From assembly GCA_964343605.1 (NCBI GenBank), contig CAYFKJ010000003.1, positions 73,474 through 137,473 of the forward strand: 64,000 nucleotides of DNA, in the 5' to 3' direction. Positions 29,589-40,862 of the stretch are shown piece by piece (the first letter of the stretch is position 1; every line of letters starts with the position of its first letter). Under the pieces are notes generated by a model. That model did no database searches and was not told where the DNA came from. It was given only the letters and a program-made list of their open reading frames with translations. The translations under genes and the position numbers were made by a program. This DNA comes from an uncultured Rhodospirillaceae bacterium. GTDB taxonomy: Bacteria; Pseudomonadota; Alphaproteobacteria; UBA2966.

Positions 29589-32500
29589 GTGATCCTTCCA
29601 GCGGGCAAATTCATTCTTCAGGTCATTGCGGCAATGGCGGCCGGCCTTGCCGTCCTGCTCGCGGTCACGGCTTGGCTGCTCTCGTCCGGCCCGGTCTCGC
29701 TGGGTTTTCTCACCCCGTATTTGAAAGAAGCATTGACGCTCGGCCGCGCCGGCGTGCGCGTCGAACTGGACGATACGATATTGGCCTGGGCGGGATGGGA
29801 CCGGACGCTCGATATCAGGGCCATCGGGGTGCGCCTGCTGAACGAAGAGGGTGGCCTGATCGCGGGCGTGCCCGAAGTCTCGCTTGGTTTGAGCGGGACC
29901 GCGCTACTGGACGGCCGGGTGGTGCCGACGACGCTCGACCTGCTGCGCCCGAAGATCAGGTTGCTGCGGACGCGGGAGGGCCAGATCGACTTGGGTTTGG
30001 GCACCAAGATCGGCAGCTCGGCGGGTGATGCCGCAGGGGCCATGGTCGAGGCCCTGCTGCACCCGAGCCCGGCCGACCGCCGCGACGGTTTCCTCAGTCT
30101 TGTCCGAATTCTCGACGCCGACCTGATCGTTGTCGACAAGGCGTCGCGCACGACGTGGCGTGCGCCTTGGGCTGATTTGACGATGCTGCGCACCGACGCC
30201 GGGATTGACGCCGAATTGACCACGGATCTCGAAATCGGCGGTGGCGCGACGCGCATCGTCGTCAAAGGCCTCTACGATTTGAATGCGGATAGCACTGCGT
30301 TGGAGGTTGTCTTGGCGGATTTTGAACCGGCGCGGCTCGCCGCCCATGTCGATGATCTTGCCGATTTCGGCGTCCTGACGGCACCTGTGAGCGGAACCTT
30401 GACCACCGTTCTGTCGGGGGACGGAGCGTTTGCTCCGGTCGACTTTGATCTGACCAGCGGGCCGGGTGCCGTCGCCCTCCCCGAATATTTCCCAGGGCCT
30501 CTGGTTTTCACGCAGATGGCCTTGCGCGGCAGCGTCGTCGACAATTTCACGGCTGTCCGCATAGACGAGCTGTTTTTCGATGGGGGCGGTCCTTCCGGCG
30601 TGGTCCGCGGGCTGGCGACGCTCGACCGCTCGGGCAGCCAGCTGGCCATCGGCGGAAATTTGGAGGGAGAGTTTCGCGACCTGCGTATCGACGACCTCGG
30701 AGAATACTGGCCGCCGAACCTGGCGCCGGCAGCGCGGGCATGGGTCACGAACAATATTCGCGACGGCGTCGTCGGTGTGGGCAAGGTCGCGATGAAGGTG
30801 GACTCGGAAAAATACCTCAAGGGTGAACTTTCCGATGACGCCCTCGAACTGGATTTCGAATTTGACGGCCTCACGGCGCATTACCTGGAAAATCTACCGG
30901 AACTCAGGGATGCCCGGGGCACGGCGCGCATGACCGTGGATGCGTTGGACATTGCGCTCTCGGCGGGTCGGATATCCGAACTGGAAATTTCCGAGGGCAA
31001 CGTCCGTATCGATGGCTTGAACGGTGATGCCCCATCCGCCGACATCAGCTTCGTCGCCAGCGGGCCGATTTCCGACAGTCTTTCGGTGCTTAACCACCCT
31101 CCCTTCGGGTTCGCCGATCTGATGTCGCTCGATCCCGGCGGACTTGGCGGTCAGCTGGCGGCGCGGGCGCGCTTTGCCTTTCCGTTGAAGAACGACATCG
31201 CCACCGAGGAAATCCGCTTTGCCGCGGCCGCCAATCTTCGGGACTTCGCGATGACGTCGGGAATTGAAGGCTATGCCCTCGACGGCGGTTCCGTCGTTGC
31301 CAGGGTTGATGCGAACGGCATGGATGTGGACGGGTCGGTCAACATCGCCGGCGTGCCCGCCAACATCAAATGGCGGAAGGATTTCCATGGCGAGCATGCC
31401 GGCACGACTTCCCTCAGCCTTGCCCTGATCCTCGACGCCCCCGCGCGGCAGGCTCTCGGTGTGCCGGAGCTGCCTTGGCTTTCCGGAGCGGTGCCGCTGA
31501 CCGCGGAGCTGGTTGCCGACGGCTGGCGCATATCGCGAGGCAGCGTCACGACCGACATGACCGGTGCCACCCTTTCGATTCCCGAGCTAATTTGGTCGAA
31601 GGCGGCAGGAGTGGCGAGCCAGGCAAATTTCAATTTCGCTCTGCCCGCCAATGGGGATGACCCGGCAACACCGGCCAATCAAGGCATTATCGCCAACTTT
31701 TCCTACGCCGGCGGCGGATTGGAGGCGCAAGGCCAAGTCGAGGCTGGGCCGGATATGGCGTTTCGCCGGCTTGAGCTGTCGCGGTTGAAGCTTGGTGAAT
31801 CCGAGGTATCCATGTCCCTCCGGCCGTTGTTGCCGTCGGGTTATTTCGTCGCGCTCGAAGGCTCGCGATTCGACATGCGTCCCTACATTTCGCAGTTCGT
31901 CGGAGGCGAATCAGAATCAGATCTGCCGCCCCTCAAGTTGGAGGCGAGACTGGGGCAAATGATATTGGGCGACGGGCACGTCCTCAATCAGATGCAAGGC
32001 AAGGCGATCTACAACGGTGCGGGATGGGAGGAAATGAGGGCTGCCGGCTCGCTGAAAATGGGTGCACCGGTCGAGCTGTCCATCAAAAGCGGCGCTGACA
32101 AAAGCGAAGTCATCGTCGTATCCGACAACGGCGGCGCGTTTGCACGCGATCTCGGAATATTCGAGAACGCAATCGGTGGCCGGTTGTCGATCACAGCCAC
32201 AATCGACGAGGCAACCGAAGGCCGGCCTGTCCGCGGACGGGTCCTGTTCAAGAATTTCAAGGTTGTGGACGCGCCGACGCTGACAAGGATCCTGACCGTA
32301 GGTTCGCTCGTCGGCGTGGCCGATCTGTTGGCCGGAGAGGGCATTTCGTTCGCCCAGTTCGAGGCGCCGTTCGCCATGCAAAGTGGTCAGATCAGGACCA
32401 AGGGAGCGCGGGGCGTGGGGTCGTCCCTGGGGATCACGCTGGATGGCGTCGTCGATCGCAACCGTGAGGAAATCGCCATGGCCGGCACCCTTGTTCCGGC

Positions 32501-32738
32501 CTATACGTTCAATTCGGTACTGGGCAAAATACCGATCCTGGGGGACATCATTGTCGGCGGCAAAGGCCAGGGTTTGTTCGGTCTGACGTTCCAGGTGACG
32601 GGCGCCATATCCAAGCCGAAAGTGACGGTAAATCCGCTTTCTGCCCTGGCACCGGGCCCGCTGCGAACCCTGTTCTTCGGTCCGCAGTCACCCAACGATA
32701 CGGAAGTCGGCGCGACCGATCGCGAAGCGGCAAATTAG
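29589..32738 (+). CDS. AsmA-like / YhdP-family (DUF3971) giant inner-membrane protein
   Basis: N-terminal TM anchor. ~1050 aa, Gly/Asp-rich and beta-rich. Architecture typical of the AsmA/TamB-like superfamily. GTG start. Confidence 0.55.
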   Translation: MILPAGKFILQVIAAMAAGLAVLLAVTAWLLSSGPVSLGFLTPYLKEALTLGRAGVRVELDDTILAWAGWDRTLDIRAIGVRLLNEEGGLIAGVPEVSLGLSGTALLDGRVVPTTLDLLRPKIRLLRTREGQIDLGLGTKIGSSAGDAAGAMVEALLHPSPADRRDGFLSLVRILDADLIVVDKASRTTWRAPWADLTMLRTDAGIDAELTTDLEIGGGATRIVVKGLYDLNADSTALEVVLADFEPARLAAHVDDLADFGVLTAPVSGTLTTVLSGDGAFAPVDFDLTSGPGAVALPEYFPGPLVFTQMALRGSVVDNFTAVRIDELFFDGGGPSGVVRGLATLDRSGSQLAIGGNLEGEFRDLRIDDLGEYWPPNLAPAARAWVTNNIRDGVVGVGKVAMKVDSEKYLKGELSDDALELDFEFDGLTAHYLENLPELRDARGTARMTVDALDIALSAGRISELEISEGNVRIDGLNGDAPSADISFVASGPISDSLSVLNHPPFGFADLMSLDPGGLGGQLAARARFAFPLKNDIATEEIRFAAAANLRDFAMTSGIEGYALDGGSVVARVDANGMDVDGSVNIAGVPANIKWRKDFHGEHAGTTSLSLALILDAPARQALGVPELPWLSGAVPLTAELVADGWRISRGSVTTDMTGATLSIPELIWSKAAGVASQANFNFALPANGDDPATPANQGIIANFSYAGGGLEAQGQVEAGPDMAFRRLELSRLKLGESEVSMSLRPLLPSGYFVALEGSRFDMRPYISQFVGGESESDLPPLKLEARLGQMILGDGHVLNQMQGKAIYNGAGWEEMRAAGSLKMGAPVELSIKSGADKSEVIVVSDNGGAFARDLGIFENAIGGRLSITATIDEATEGRPVRGRVLFKNFKVVDAPTLTRILTVGSLVGVADLLAGEGISFAQFEAPFAMQSGQIRTKGARGVGSSLGITLDGVVDRNREEIAMAGTLVPAYTFNSVLGKIPILGDIIVGGKGQGLFGLTFQVTGAISKPKVTVNPLSALAPGPLRTLFFGPQSPNDTEVGATDREAAN

Positions 32739-32744
32739 CGGGCG

Positions 32745-34001
32745 TCATCCCGGCTTGACGAGGGCGTGGCGCTTCTTCCCGGCGGACAGCTTTATCGCGC
32801 CCGAAGGGCCCACGTGATCGATGCCGATCATATCCATCTCGCCCGTGATGACGGCATCGTTCAGGCGCGCGCCGCCGCCCTTGATCAGCCGGCGCGCCTC
32901 GCCGCCCGTCTGACAAAGCCCGGCGCGGCGCAAAAGATCGAAAGCGGCAATGCCGTCTTCAAGATCGGCTGCGGCGATCTCGACGGTGGGCAGACCCTCG
33001 GCCAACGAACCTTGTTCGAAGGTCTTGCGCGCCGTTTCGGCGGCTTCGGCGGCGGCCTCCAGGCCGTGGCACATGGCCGTTGCTTCGTTGGCCAGAATTT
33101 TCTTGGCGTCGTTGAGTTCCGCACCCTCCAATTTCTCAAGCCGGGCGATTTCATCCAACGGCAGATCCGTGAAAAGCCTGAGGAAGCGCCCGACATCGGC
33201 GTCTTCGGCGTTTCGCCAGTATTGCCAATAGTCCCAGGGTGACAGCATGTCGGCATTCAGCCAGACGGCGCCGGAGGCGGTCTTGCCCATTTTGGCGCCG
33301 GATGCGCTGGTCAGCAGGGGTGTGGTGAGGCCGTAGAGGGTTCGGCTATCGACGCGGCGGGCCAGGTCCACGCCGTTGACGATATTGCCCCACTGATCGG
33401 ACCCGCCCATCTGCAGTTCGCAGCCGTGGCGGCGGCCCAGCTCAAGGAAATCGTAGGCCTGCAGGATCATGTAGTTGAATTCGAGGAAAGTCAGCGGCTG
33501 CTCGCGCTCCAGGCGCAGCTTGACGCTGTCGAACCCGAGCATGCGGTTTACCGAGAAGTGCCGTCCGAAATCCCTCAGGAAATCGATGTATTGCAGCTCG
33601 TCGAGCCAGTCAGCGTTGTTCACCATGATGGCATCGGTGGGGCCGTCACCGAAGGTCAGGAATTTGGCGAAGACATCCTTGATCCCCGCCATGTTGGCAT
33701 TGATCGCCTCGACCGTCAGCAATTGCCGGCTTTCCTCCTTACCCGACGGGTCGCCCACCTTAGTCGTCCCGCCGCCCATCAGAACGATGGGTTTATGGCC
33801 GGTGCGCTGTAATTGGCGCAGCATCATGATTTGAACCAGGCTGCCGGCGTGCAGGCTCGGCGCCGTGCAGTCGAAACCGATATAGGCCGGAACGGGCTTC
33901 CCCGATGCAGCCCTGTCGTCCAGGGCATCCATGTCGGTGCATTGGTGCAGAAACTGCCGCTCGACAATCGTGCGGAGAAATTCGGAGCGAAGCTCGGTCA
34001 T
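32745..34001 (-). CDS. tyrS: tyrosine--tRNA ligase
   Basis: HIGH-region [22 protein letters not shown]-like KMGKTASG, and a C-terminal S4 domain. Confidence 0.92.
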   Translation of the reverse strand: MTELRSEFLRTIVERQFLHQCTDMDALDDRAASGKPVPAYIGFDCTAPSLHAGSLVQIMMLRQLQRTGHKPIVLMGGGTTKVGDPSGKEESRQLLTVEAINANMAGIKDVFAKFLTFGDGPTDAIMVNNADWLDELQYIDFLRDFGRHFSVNRMLGFDSVKLRLEREQPLTFLEFNYMILQAYDFLELGRRHGCELQMGGSDQWGNIVNGVDLARRVDSRTLYGLTTPLLTSASGAKMGKTASGAVWLNADMLSPWDYWQYWRNAEDADVGRFLRLFTDLPLDEIARLEKLEGAELNDAKKILANEATAMCHGLEAAAEAAETARKTFEQGSLAEGLPTVEIAAADLEDGIAAFDLLRRAGLCQTGGEARRLIKGGGARLNDAVITGEMDMIGIDHVGPSGAIKLSAGKKRHALVKPG

Positions 34002-34119
34002 GGTTCGTCGGCTCTAAGCTGGAGGTACGAAAGGCAAAATTCTGCGCGGTGTCTAGCACACCTTGATTTTGCCGACAACGCATGCTCTTCGTATGTCCGG
34101 CAGAGGAGGGGTAGAACGC

Positions 34120-35205
34120 GTGAAATCATACACGGCAATGGGATTGATGAGTGGCACGTCGTTGGACGGCATCGATGCCGCCATCATTGAAACGGACGGT
34201 CACCGCGTTTCGGCCTTCGGGCCGACGGCGAGCAAGAGCTATGATGATGACTTCAGGGCGGATATCAGGGCGATCCTGAACGCCCGAAATGATATCGGCG
34301 ACGTCGAACAGCGACTGACTGAAAAGCATGCAGGATTAGTTAATGTTTTACTTGAGAAAGAAGATATAAATTATGAAAAAATAGATATAATTGGCTTCCA
34401 TGGTCAAACGATTGACCATCGGCCCGGAGAGGGTGTGACGCGGCAAATCGGGGACGGGGCCAAGCTTGCGGAACTGACCGGCATCGACGTCGTCAACGAG
34501 TTCCGCCTTGCGGACGTAGCGGGGGGTGGAGAAGGGGCGCCATTCGCACCGCTATATCACGCGGCTCTGGCCGGACTTCTCGAAAAACCGGTGGCGGTCG
34601 TGAATGTCGGTGGCGTGGCCAACGTCACGTGGATCGGGGAGGACAGCAACAACATAATTGCGTTCGATACCGGCCCCGGCAACGCGCTTTTGGATGACTG
34701 GATGTCAGGCCGTGCAGGCAGGCGTTGTGACCTGGATGGGAAAACCGCGGCGCTTGGGGAGACGAACACGGAAATTCTCGAAGTTCTAACGCGACATCCT
34801 TATTACGCTAGGCCCGCGCCAAAATCCCTGGATCGCAACGATTTTTCCGCCCAAGTGCTGGCCGCTGTGGAAAATCTAACGCTCGAAGAGGGCGCTGCGA
34901 CCCTGACCGCCTTGACGGCGCAAACCATTGCCGGATCGGTCGCACACATGCCCGCCCCTCCGAAACGCTGGTTGGTGTGCGGCGGCGGGCGGCACAATCC
35001 GACCCTCATGGCGATGTTGGCGGAGCGTGTTGGTGCTCCGGTCCGGCCCGTGGAATCGGTCGGCTGGCGCGGCGATTCCCTTGAAGCCGAGGCCTTCGCT
35101 TTCCTTGCGGTAAGAAGCCTGCTGGGCCTGCCTCTCAGTCTGCCGACGACGACGGGCGTTGCCAAACCCATGCCCGGGGGGCGGTTGCACAGATCTTCAA
35201 AGTAG
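34120..35205 (+). CDS. anmK: anhydro-N-acetylmuramic acid kinase
   Basis: N-terminus (V)KSYTAMGLMSGTSLDGIDAAIIETDG. GGAGG RBS 10 nt before the GTG at 34120. Divergent from tyrS, a conserved arrangement. Confidence 0.85.
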   Translation: MKSYTAMGLMSGTSLDGIDAAIIETDGHRVSAFGPTASKSYDDDFRADIRAILNARNDIGDVEQRLTEKHAGLVNVLLEKEDINYEKIDIIGFHGQTIDHRPGEGVTRQIGDGAKLAELTGIDVVNEFRLADVAGGGEGAPFAPLYHAALAGLLEKPVAVVNVGGVANVTWIGEDSNNIIAFDTGPGNALLDDWMSGRAGRRCDLDGKTAALGETNTEILEVLTRHPYYARPAPKSLDRNDFSAQVLAAVENLTLEEGAATLTALTAQTIAGSVAHMPAPPKRWLVCGGGRHNPTLMAMLAERVGAPVRPVESVGWRGDSLEAEAFAFLAVRSLLGLPLSLPTTTGVAKPMPGGRLHRSSK

Positions 35206-35217
35206 ACTGAGTTCGAC

Positions 35218-35871
35218 CTAAGCCGCTCGCGCCGCCGCCAGACGGGCGTCTAGATAGCCTGCCGCGGTCTTGGTCATTTCTTCCATCTGGCCTTCGAAGA
35301 AGTGCCCGGCGCCCTTGATCAGCTCATACTCGACCGTAATGCCCTTCTGGGCCTGGAGCTTGGCTGCCAATTTGTCGACATCCGGAATCGGCACGACTTC
35401 GTCCTCTGTGCCGTGCACGAGAATGCCCGAAGACGGGCAGGGCGCCAAAAAGGCGAAATCGTACATATTCGCGGGGGCCGCTACCGAAATGAACCCGTCG
35501 ATCTCCGGGCGGCGCATCAGCAACTGCATGGAGATCCAGGCGCCGAACGAGAAACCGGCCACCCAGCACGCCCGCGCGTTCTCGTTGAACGTCTGCAGCC
35601 AGTCAAGACAGGCGGCGGCGTCCGATAGCTCGCCTACGCCCTGGTCGAAAATGCCCTGACTGCGTCCCACACCGCGGAAGTTGAAGCGGAGGGTGGAAAA
35701 ACCCCGGCGAACAAAGGTGTGATAGAGGTTGTAAACCACCTTGTTGTTCATCGTCCCCCCGTATTGCGGGTGGGGATGGAGGACCAGCGCAATCGGCGCG
35801 CCCTCTTTGGGGTTGTGATGGTAGCGTCCTTCGAGGCGGCCTTCGGGGCCATTTATGATGATGTCAGGCAT
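35218..35871 (-). CDS. alpha/beta-fold hydrolase
   Basis: RFNFRGVGRSQG motif and an overall ~220-aa alpha/beta-hydrolase pattern. Start taken at MPDIIINGPEG. Confidence 0.55.
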   Translation of the reverse strand: MPDIIINGPEGRLEGRYHHNPKEGAPIALVLHPHPQYGGTMNNKVVYNLYHTFVRRGFSTLRFNFRGVGRSQGIFDQGVGELSDAAACLDWLQTFNENARACWVAGFSFGAWISMQLLMRRPEIDGFISVAAPANMYDFAFLAPCPSSGILVHGTEDEVVPIPDVDKLAAKLQAQKGITVEYELIKGAGHFFEGQMEEMTKTAAGYLDARLAAARAA

Positions 35872-36220
35872 GTCTTGTCGGGTATACCACTGTTTGTGGC
35901 CGGAAATCGAATTTGCTCGGGATGACCGGCGTGAATTTGCTGTCCGCGTATTCCACATTTATAGGTTGGGATTGAAAACCTACCAATTTCTAACGCTCTA
36001 CGGAAATACTTGACTGCTGTTGTCGGAATAACTATATCCTTGTCAGCGTTAGGGAGCCGAGCCTTGCTTTCTGTTTGCCGGATTCGGATAAAATCCGGCG
36101 GATTCAACAAAGCCCGTCCTCCGCGAAGCGTAGCCGGAAATGGTTGCTAATCCGTTGAATCCAATGGATTTCAGCCAAACCGGTCCATGCAACACGAGGG
36201 ATGCGGTCGGGGAATATATC

Positions 36221-37009
36221 ATGTCCGGTGGTCCGATGTTCAAGAATATTGGTTACGACATAGCAGCGGTGTTCGAGCGTGACCCTGCGGTGCGCTCAAA
36301 ACTCGAGGTCTTCCTGTGCTATCCGGGTTTCCATGCCGTCTTGATCTACCGCCTGGCGCACGCGGTCTGGATCCGGCGCTGGTTCCTCTTGGGGCGCTTT
36401 CTGTCGCACCTCGGACGGTTCCTGACAGGGATCGAAATCCATCCCGGCGCCGTTATCGGCAAGGGCATGTTTATCGATCACGGCATGGGCGTCGTTATCG
36501 GTGAAACGTCGGTGCTAGGCGAGAACGTCACGCTTTATCATGACGTTACGCTGGGCGGCATCTCGCCGGCGGAAAACTCGTCGGCCCAAGTCTCGCAAAA
36601 ACGCCACCCAACGCTGGAAGACGGCGTAATTGTCGGTTCCGGCGCTCAAATCCTCGGACCCATCGTGATCGGCGCCAACGCGCGGGTGGGCGCCAATTCC
36701 GTGGTTTTCAAGAACGTACCGGCCGGCGCGACGGTCGTCGGTATTCCCGGCAAGCTTGCGGGCGCCGCAAAACCAAGGCCCGCAGAGCGCCGGTTCGAGC
36801 CTTACGGGACGCCGGCAAGCGAGATATCGGATCCGGTGGCGCGGTCGATCGATGGACTGCTCGACCAGGTGCAGACGCTGAATACCCGGGTCGCGGAATT
36901 GGAAGCCGCGCTTGGCGCTGCCAAGAAGAATGAGTGGCCGCTCGAGGAAGAAACCGCTGACGCAGGCATAGATGCAGCAACGGATACCGATACCAAGCTC
37001 AACGTTTAG
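36221..37009 (+). CDS. cysE: serine O-acetyltransferase
   Basis: Hexapeptide LbH region [44 protein letters not shown]. The start is approximate. Confidence 0.85.
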   Translation: MSGGPMFKNIGYDIAAVFERDPAVRSKLEVFLCYPGFHAVLIYRLAHAVWIRRWFLLGRFLSHLGRFLTGIEIHPGAVIGKGMFIDHGMGVVIGETSVLGENVTLYHDVTLGGISPAENSSAQVSQKRHPTLEDGVIVGSGAQILGPIVIGANARVGANSVVFKNVPAGATVVGIPGKLAGAAKPRPAERRFEPYGTPASEISDPVARSIDGLLDQVQTLNTRVAELEAALGAAKKNEWPLEEETADAGIDAATDTDTKLNV

Positions 37010-37060
37010 CTAACCGGGCCGCGCCGATTTTTGCCGCGGGGCCGAAATGGGAGAGAACAA

Positions 37061-37549
37061 GTGAAACTCAGCACCAAAGGACGGTACGCCGTAATGGCGA
37101 TGGCTGACCTGGCAATTCAAAGTGCGGGACGGCCGGTCTCGTTGGCAGATATTGCCGCGCGTCAGGAAATCTCGCTTTCCTACCTGGAGCAGTTGTTCGG
37201 AAAATTGCGGCGCTGCGGACTGGTCAAAAGCGTCCGGGGCCCAGGCGGCGGCTATATGCTGGGCCGAGGTCCGGAGGAAATTCGCATTTCCGACATCGTC
37301 CTGTCGGTTGACGAACCTCTGACGGCAACGCGATGTACGCCCGGTTCGCCCACTGGCTGTCACAGCAACCAGGGGCGCTGCCTGACCCATGATCTTTGGG
37401 AAGAACTGTCCAACCAAATCCACCTCTATTTGTCCTCGGTCACGCTCGACGATGTAGTCAGTCGCCGTATTCTCGGCACCAGTGGCGTGCTGGCGGCCGC
37501 TTCGGTTGAACCGGACTTGGCTGGTCTGGTGCCGCAGGAGGCGGTGTGA
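37061..37549 (+). CDS. iscR: Rrf2-family Fe-S cluster regulator
   Basis: (V)KLSTKGRYAVMAMADLA HTH region. Three Cys (C..C.....C) for cluster ligation. Its position is first in the isc operon. Confidence 0.8.
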   Translation: MKLSTKGRYAVMAMADLAIQSAGRPVSLADIAARQEISLSYLEQLFGKLRRCGLVKSVRGPGGGYMLGRGPEEIRISDIVLSVDEPLTATRCTPGSPTGCHSNQGRCLTHDLWEELSNQIHLYLSSVTLDDVVSRRILGTSGVLAAASVEPDLAGLVPQEAV

Positions 37550-38691
37550 GCCAACCCCTCGCATATCTCGACTACAACGCGACGGCTCCGGTTAGATCCG
37601 GCGTCGCGGAAGTAGTCGCCGACGCGCTGTCGGTAGGCGGAAATCCATCTTCCGTCCACCGTTCCGGCCGCGCGGCGCGGGCATTTGTCGAGCGGGCGAG
37701 GGATCAGGTGGCGGCACTCGTCGGGGCCGGTACGGAAACGGTAGTTTTCACCAGCGGTGGTACCGAGGCCAACAACCTTGCGCTCAAGGGTCTTGCCCGG
37801 GCGGGGCGTCGACTAATTGTTTCGGCGGTGGAGCACGCCTCCGTGGCTGTGCCCGCTGAAGAGGCCGGAGCGGACATAATCCCGGTCGATGCCGACGGCA
37901 TCGTTGATTTGACGGCTTTGGAAAGTCTGCTTGCGGACAATCAGGAACCGGCACTGGTGTCGGTCATGTTGGCCAACAACGAAACCGGCGTTGTTCAACC
38001 CGTGGCGGAGGCCGCGGAGGTCGCGCACCGTCATGGCGCTCTGATGCATTGCGATGCCGTTCAGGGTCCGGGACGGCTGGTTGTTGATGTGGCGGCCCTG
38101 AACGTAGATCTTCTGACTTTGTCGGGCCATAAGCTTGGCGGGCCGCAGGGTGTGGGCGCGCTCGTTATCGGACCGGCTGCACACGAACTTAAGGCAATTG
38201 TTTCGGGCGGCGGTCAGGAACGCGGACTGCGCCCCGGTACGGAAAACGTCTCCGGCATCGCGGGATTTGGACTGGCGGCGGAGCTCGCCGGCACAGATAT
38301 GGATCGCGCCGCGGAAATCGCCGCGCTGCGTGACGGTCTTGAAGCAACCTTGACGGCGATAGCGCCAGAGCTGGTCGTCGCCGGCGTCAACGCCCAGCGG
38401 CTCTGCAATACCTCAACCATTATCGCGCCTGGTCTTGATAGCGAGACGCAGGTCATGGCGCTTGATCTGGCCGGTGTGGCGGTGAGTGCCGGGGCTGCAT
38501 GCTCCTCGGGCAAGGTGGCGTCCTCGGACGTGCTCGCGGCCATGGGTATGTCCGCAGAACAGGCCGGCTGCGCCATCCGCGTGAGTCTCGGTACGGACAC
38601 CCAAAAAGGCGATATCGATCGTTTTGTTATGGCTTGGCGTGAACTTTACGAGCGCCTGAGTATTGGCAAGGAAGCGTTGTCGGCGGCCTGA
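37546..38691 (+). CDS. cysteine desulfurase (NifS-like, first of two)
   Basis: Class-V aminotransferase, with SGHKLGGPQGVGALV around the PLP lysine. Start overlaps the iscR stop. Confidence 0.85.
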   Translation: MSQPLAYLDYNATAPVRSGVAEVVADALSVGGNPSSVHRSGRAARAFVERARDQVAALVGAGTETVVFTSGGTEANNLALKGLARAGRRLIVSAVEHASVAVPAEEAGADIIPVDADGIVDLTALESLLADNQEPALVSVMLANNETGVVQPVAEAAEVAHRHGALMHCDAVQGPGRLVVDVAALNVDLLTLSGHKLGGPQGVGALVIGPAAHELKAIVSGGGQERGLRPGTENVSGIAGFGLAAELAGTDMDRAAEIAALRDGLEATLTAIAPELVVAGVNAQRLCNTSTIIAPGLDSETQVMALDLAGVAVSAGAACSSGKVASSDVLAAMGMSAEQAGCAIRVSLGTDTQKGDIDRFVMAWRELYERLSIGKEALSAA

Positions 38692-38725
38692 GTGCGGCTG
38701 AACTAGGAACAAGGATTATTAAGGC

Positions 38726-39967
38726 ATGAACGACCTGTCCACGGGCACCAACATGAAAACGCCCATTTACCTGGATTATCAGGCGACGACGCCGGTGGAC
38801 CCGCGCGTACTGGAAGCGATGATGCCGTATTTCACCGCGAAGTACGGCAACCCCCATTCGCGCAGCCATTCCTTCGGGTGGGAGACCGAGGAGGCCGTCG
38901 AAGCGGCGCGCGGCCAGGTGGGCAGCCTGATCGGCGCCAACGCCAAGGAGATCATTTTCACCTCGGGCGCCACCGAATCCAATAACCTGGCGCTCAAGGG
39001 CGTGGGCCGGTTCTACAAGGACAAGAAGAACCACATCATCACGACGGTGACGGAGCACAAGTGCGTGCTCGATACCTGCCGCCACCTGGAGCAGGAGGAA
39101 GGCTTCGAGGTCACCTACCTGCCGGTCGCCGAGAACGGTCTCATCAATCTCGACGATTTGCGGGCGGCCATCACCGACAAGACCGTTTTGGTCTCCGTCA
39201 TGGCCGTGAACAACGAAATCGGCGTCATCCAGCCGCTCAAGGAAATTGGCGCTATCTGCCGTGAGAACAAGGTGTTCTTCCACACGGATGCGGCTCAGGC
39301 CGCAGGTAAGATTCCGCTCGACGTCGACGAAATGAATATCGACCTGATGAGCATTTCGGGCCACAAGATTTACGGTCCAATGGGCATCGGTGCGCTCTAT
39401 GTTCGCCGCAAGCCCCGCGTCCGCCTGCGGCCCATGATCAACGGCGGCGGTCAGGAGCGCGGCATGCGGTCCGGAACGCTGGCGCCGCCGCTCTGTGTCG
39501 GGTTGGGTGAGGCCTGCGCCATCGCCGAGGCCGATATGTCGTCCGACAACGAACGTATCCGCATGCTGTCTGACCGGTTCTACGACAAGATCACGGACAA
39601 GCTGCCCGAAGTCTTCCTCAACGGCGACCGCGAGCAGCGCTTCCCAGGCAACCTCAATCTCAGCTTCGCCTACGTCGAGGGCGAATCGCTGATGATGGGT
39701 ATCCGGGATCTGGCCGTGTCGTCGGGTTCGGCCTGTACCTCGGCTTCGCTGGAGCCCAGCTACGTGCTGCGGGCGCTCGGCGTGGAAGAGGAACTGGCGC
39801 ACACCTCACTGCGCATCGGCATCGGACGGTTTACGACAGAGGCGGAAATCGACTACGCCGTCGACACGCTGGTGGAGGCGGTCGAAAAACTGCGCGCCAT
39901 GAGTCCGCTTTGGGAAATGGCGCAAGAGGGAATTGATTTGAAGTCCATTGAATGGGCTGAGCATTGA
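38726..39967 (+). CDS. iscS: cysteine desulfurase IscS
   Basis: [39 protein letters not shown] and [21 protein letters not shown], the catalytic Cys loop. Confidence 0.9.
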   Translation: MNDLSTGTNMKTPIYLDYQATTPVDPRVLEAMMPYFTAKYGNPHSRSHSFGWETEEAVEAARGQVGSLIGANAKEIIFTSGATESNNLALKGVGRFYKDKKNHIITTVTEHKCVLDTCRHLEQEEGFEVTYLPVAENGLINLDDLRAAITDKTVLVSVMAVNNEIGVIQPLKEIGAICRENKVFFHTDAAQAAGKIPLDVDEMNIDLMSISGHKIYGPMGIGALYVRRKPRVRLRPMINGGGQERGMRSGTLAPPLCVGLGEACAIAEADMSSDNERIRMLSDRFYDKITDKLPEVFLNGDREQRFPGNLNLSFAYVEGESLMMGIRDLAVSSGSACTSASLEPSYVLRALGVEEELAHTSLRIGIGRFTTEAEIDYAVDTLVEAVEKLRAMSPLWEMAQEGIDLKSIEWAEH

Positions 39968-40033
39968 GACGAATTGCCACGCTGCAAATTAGTCTTAATC
40001 TGATAGAAATGGTGGAGAGGTTGGAGACCGGAA

Positions 40034-40459
40034 ATGGCATATAGCGACAAACTTTTGGACCACTACGAAAACCCGCGCAACATCGGTGCTTTCGAGAAGG
40101 ACGATGACGCGGTGGGGACCGGTCTGGTGGGGGCGCCCGCGTGCGGTGACGTCATGAAGCTTCAGATCAAGGTGTCCGCCGACGGCATCATCGAAGACGC
40201 CAAGTTCAAGACGTTCGGCTGCGGTTCGGCGATCGCCTCGTCGAGCCTGATCACCGAATGGGTCAAGGGCAAGAGCCTCGACGAAGCCGGCGAGATCAAG
40301 AACACCGACATCGCCCAGGAACTGGCGCTGCCACCGGTCAAGATCCACTGTTCGGTCCTGGCCGAGGATGCGATCAAGGCGGCGATCACCGACTACAAGG
40401 GCAAGGGCGGCGCCGACGCGGCACCCGCGACCGGCGAGGAAGTCAAGGAAACCGCGTGA
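40034..40459 (+). CDS. iscU: Fe-S cluster assembly scaffold
   Basis: MAYSDKLLDHYENPRNIGAF...GAPACGDVMKLQIKV. Confidence 0.92.
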   Translation: MAYSDKLLDHYENPRNIGAFEKDDDAVGTGLVGAPACGDVMKLQIKVSADGIIEDAKFKTFGCGSAIASSSLITEWVKGKSLDEAGEIKNTDIAQELALPPVKIHCSVLAEDAIKAAITDYKGKGGADAAPATGEEVKETA

Positions 40460-40494
40460 GTGGTGGCGAGACGATTAACAAGGATTAGTTTGGC

Positions 40495-40827
40495 ATGGCA
40501 CAGATGATCACACTTTCGGACAACGCCGTGGAGCGCATCCAGGCGTTGTTGAGCAAGCGCGACAATCCGGACATGGGCTTGCGCATCGGCGTGCGGACCG
40601 CGGGCTGCTCCGGCCTGTCGTACACGCTCGAGTATGCCGAAGAACCCGAGGAGTTCGACGAAGTTGTCGAGGACAAGGGCGTGAAGGTTTTCATCGACCC
40701 CAAGGCGACGATGTTCATCGTCGGCACCGAAATGGATTTCGTCGAGGAAAAGCTGCAGTCCGGGTTCGTGTTCAACAACCCCAACGAAAAAGGCAAGTGC
40801 GGTTGCGGCGAATCCTTCCACGTCTAG
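40495..40827 (+). CDS. iscA: iron-sulfur cluster insertion protein (HesB/IscA family)
   Basis: C-terminal GCGCGESFHV. Confidence 0.9.
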   Translation: MAQMITLSDNAVERIQALLSKRDNPDMGLRIGVRTAGCSGLSYTLEYAEEPEEFDEVVEDKGVKVFIDPKATMFIVGTEMDFVEEKLQSGFVFNNPNEKGKCGCGESFHV

Positions 40828-40862
40828 GCGACCAGTAGGACCACGCGTGACCCCGGGGGGCC

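Noticed and set aside
36140-36220. Upstream in-frame extension of cysE (ORF starting at 36140, [13 protein letters not shown]...)
   Set aside because: The extension has no similarity to serine acetyltransferase N-termini and overlaps the structured leader. Conserved CysE sequence begins near 36221, so the shorter start was preferred.
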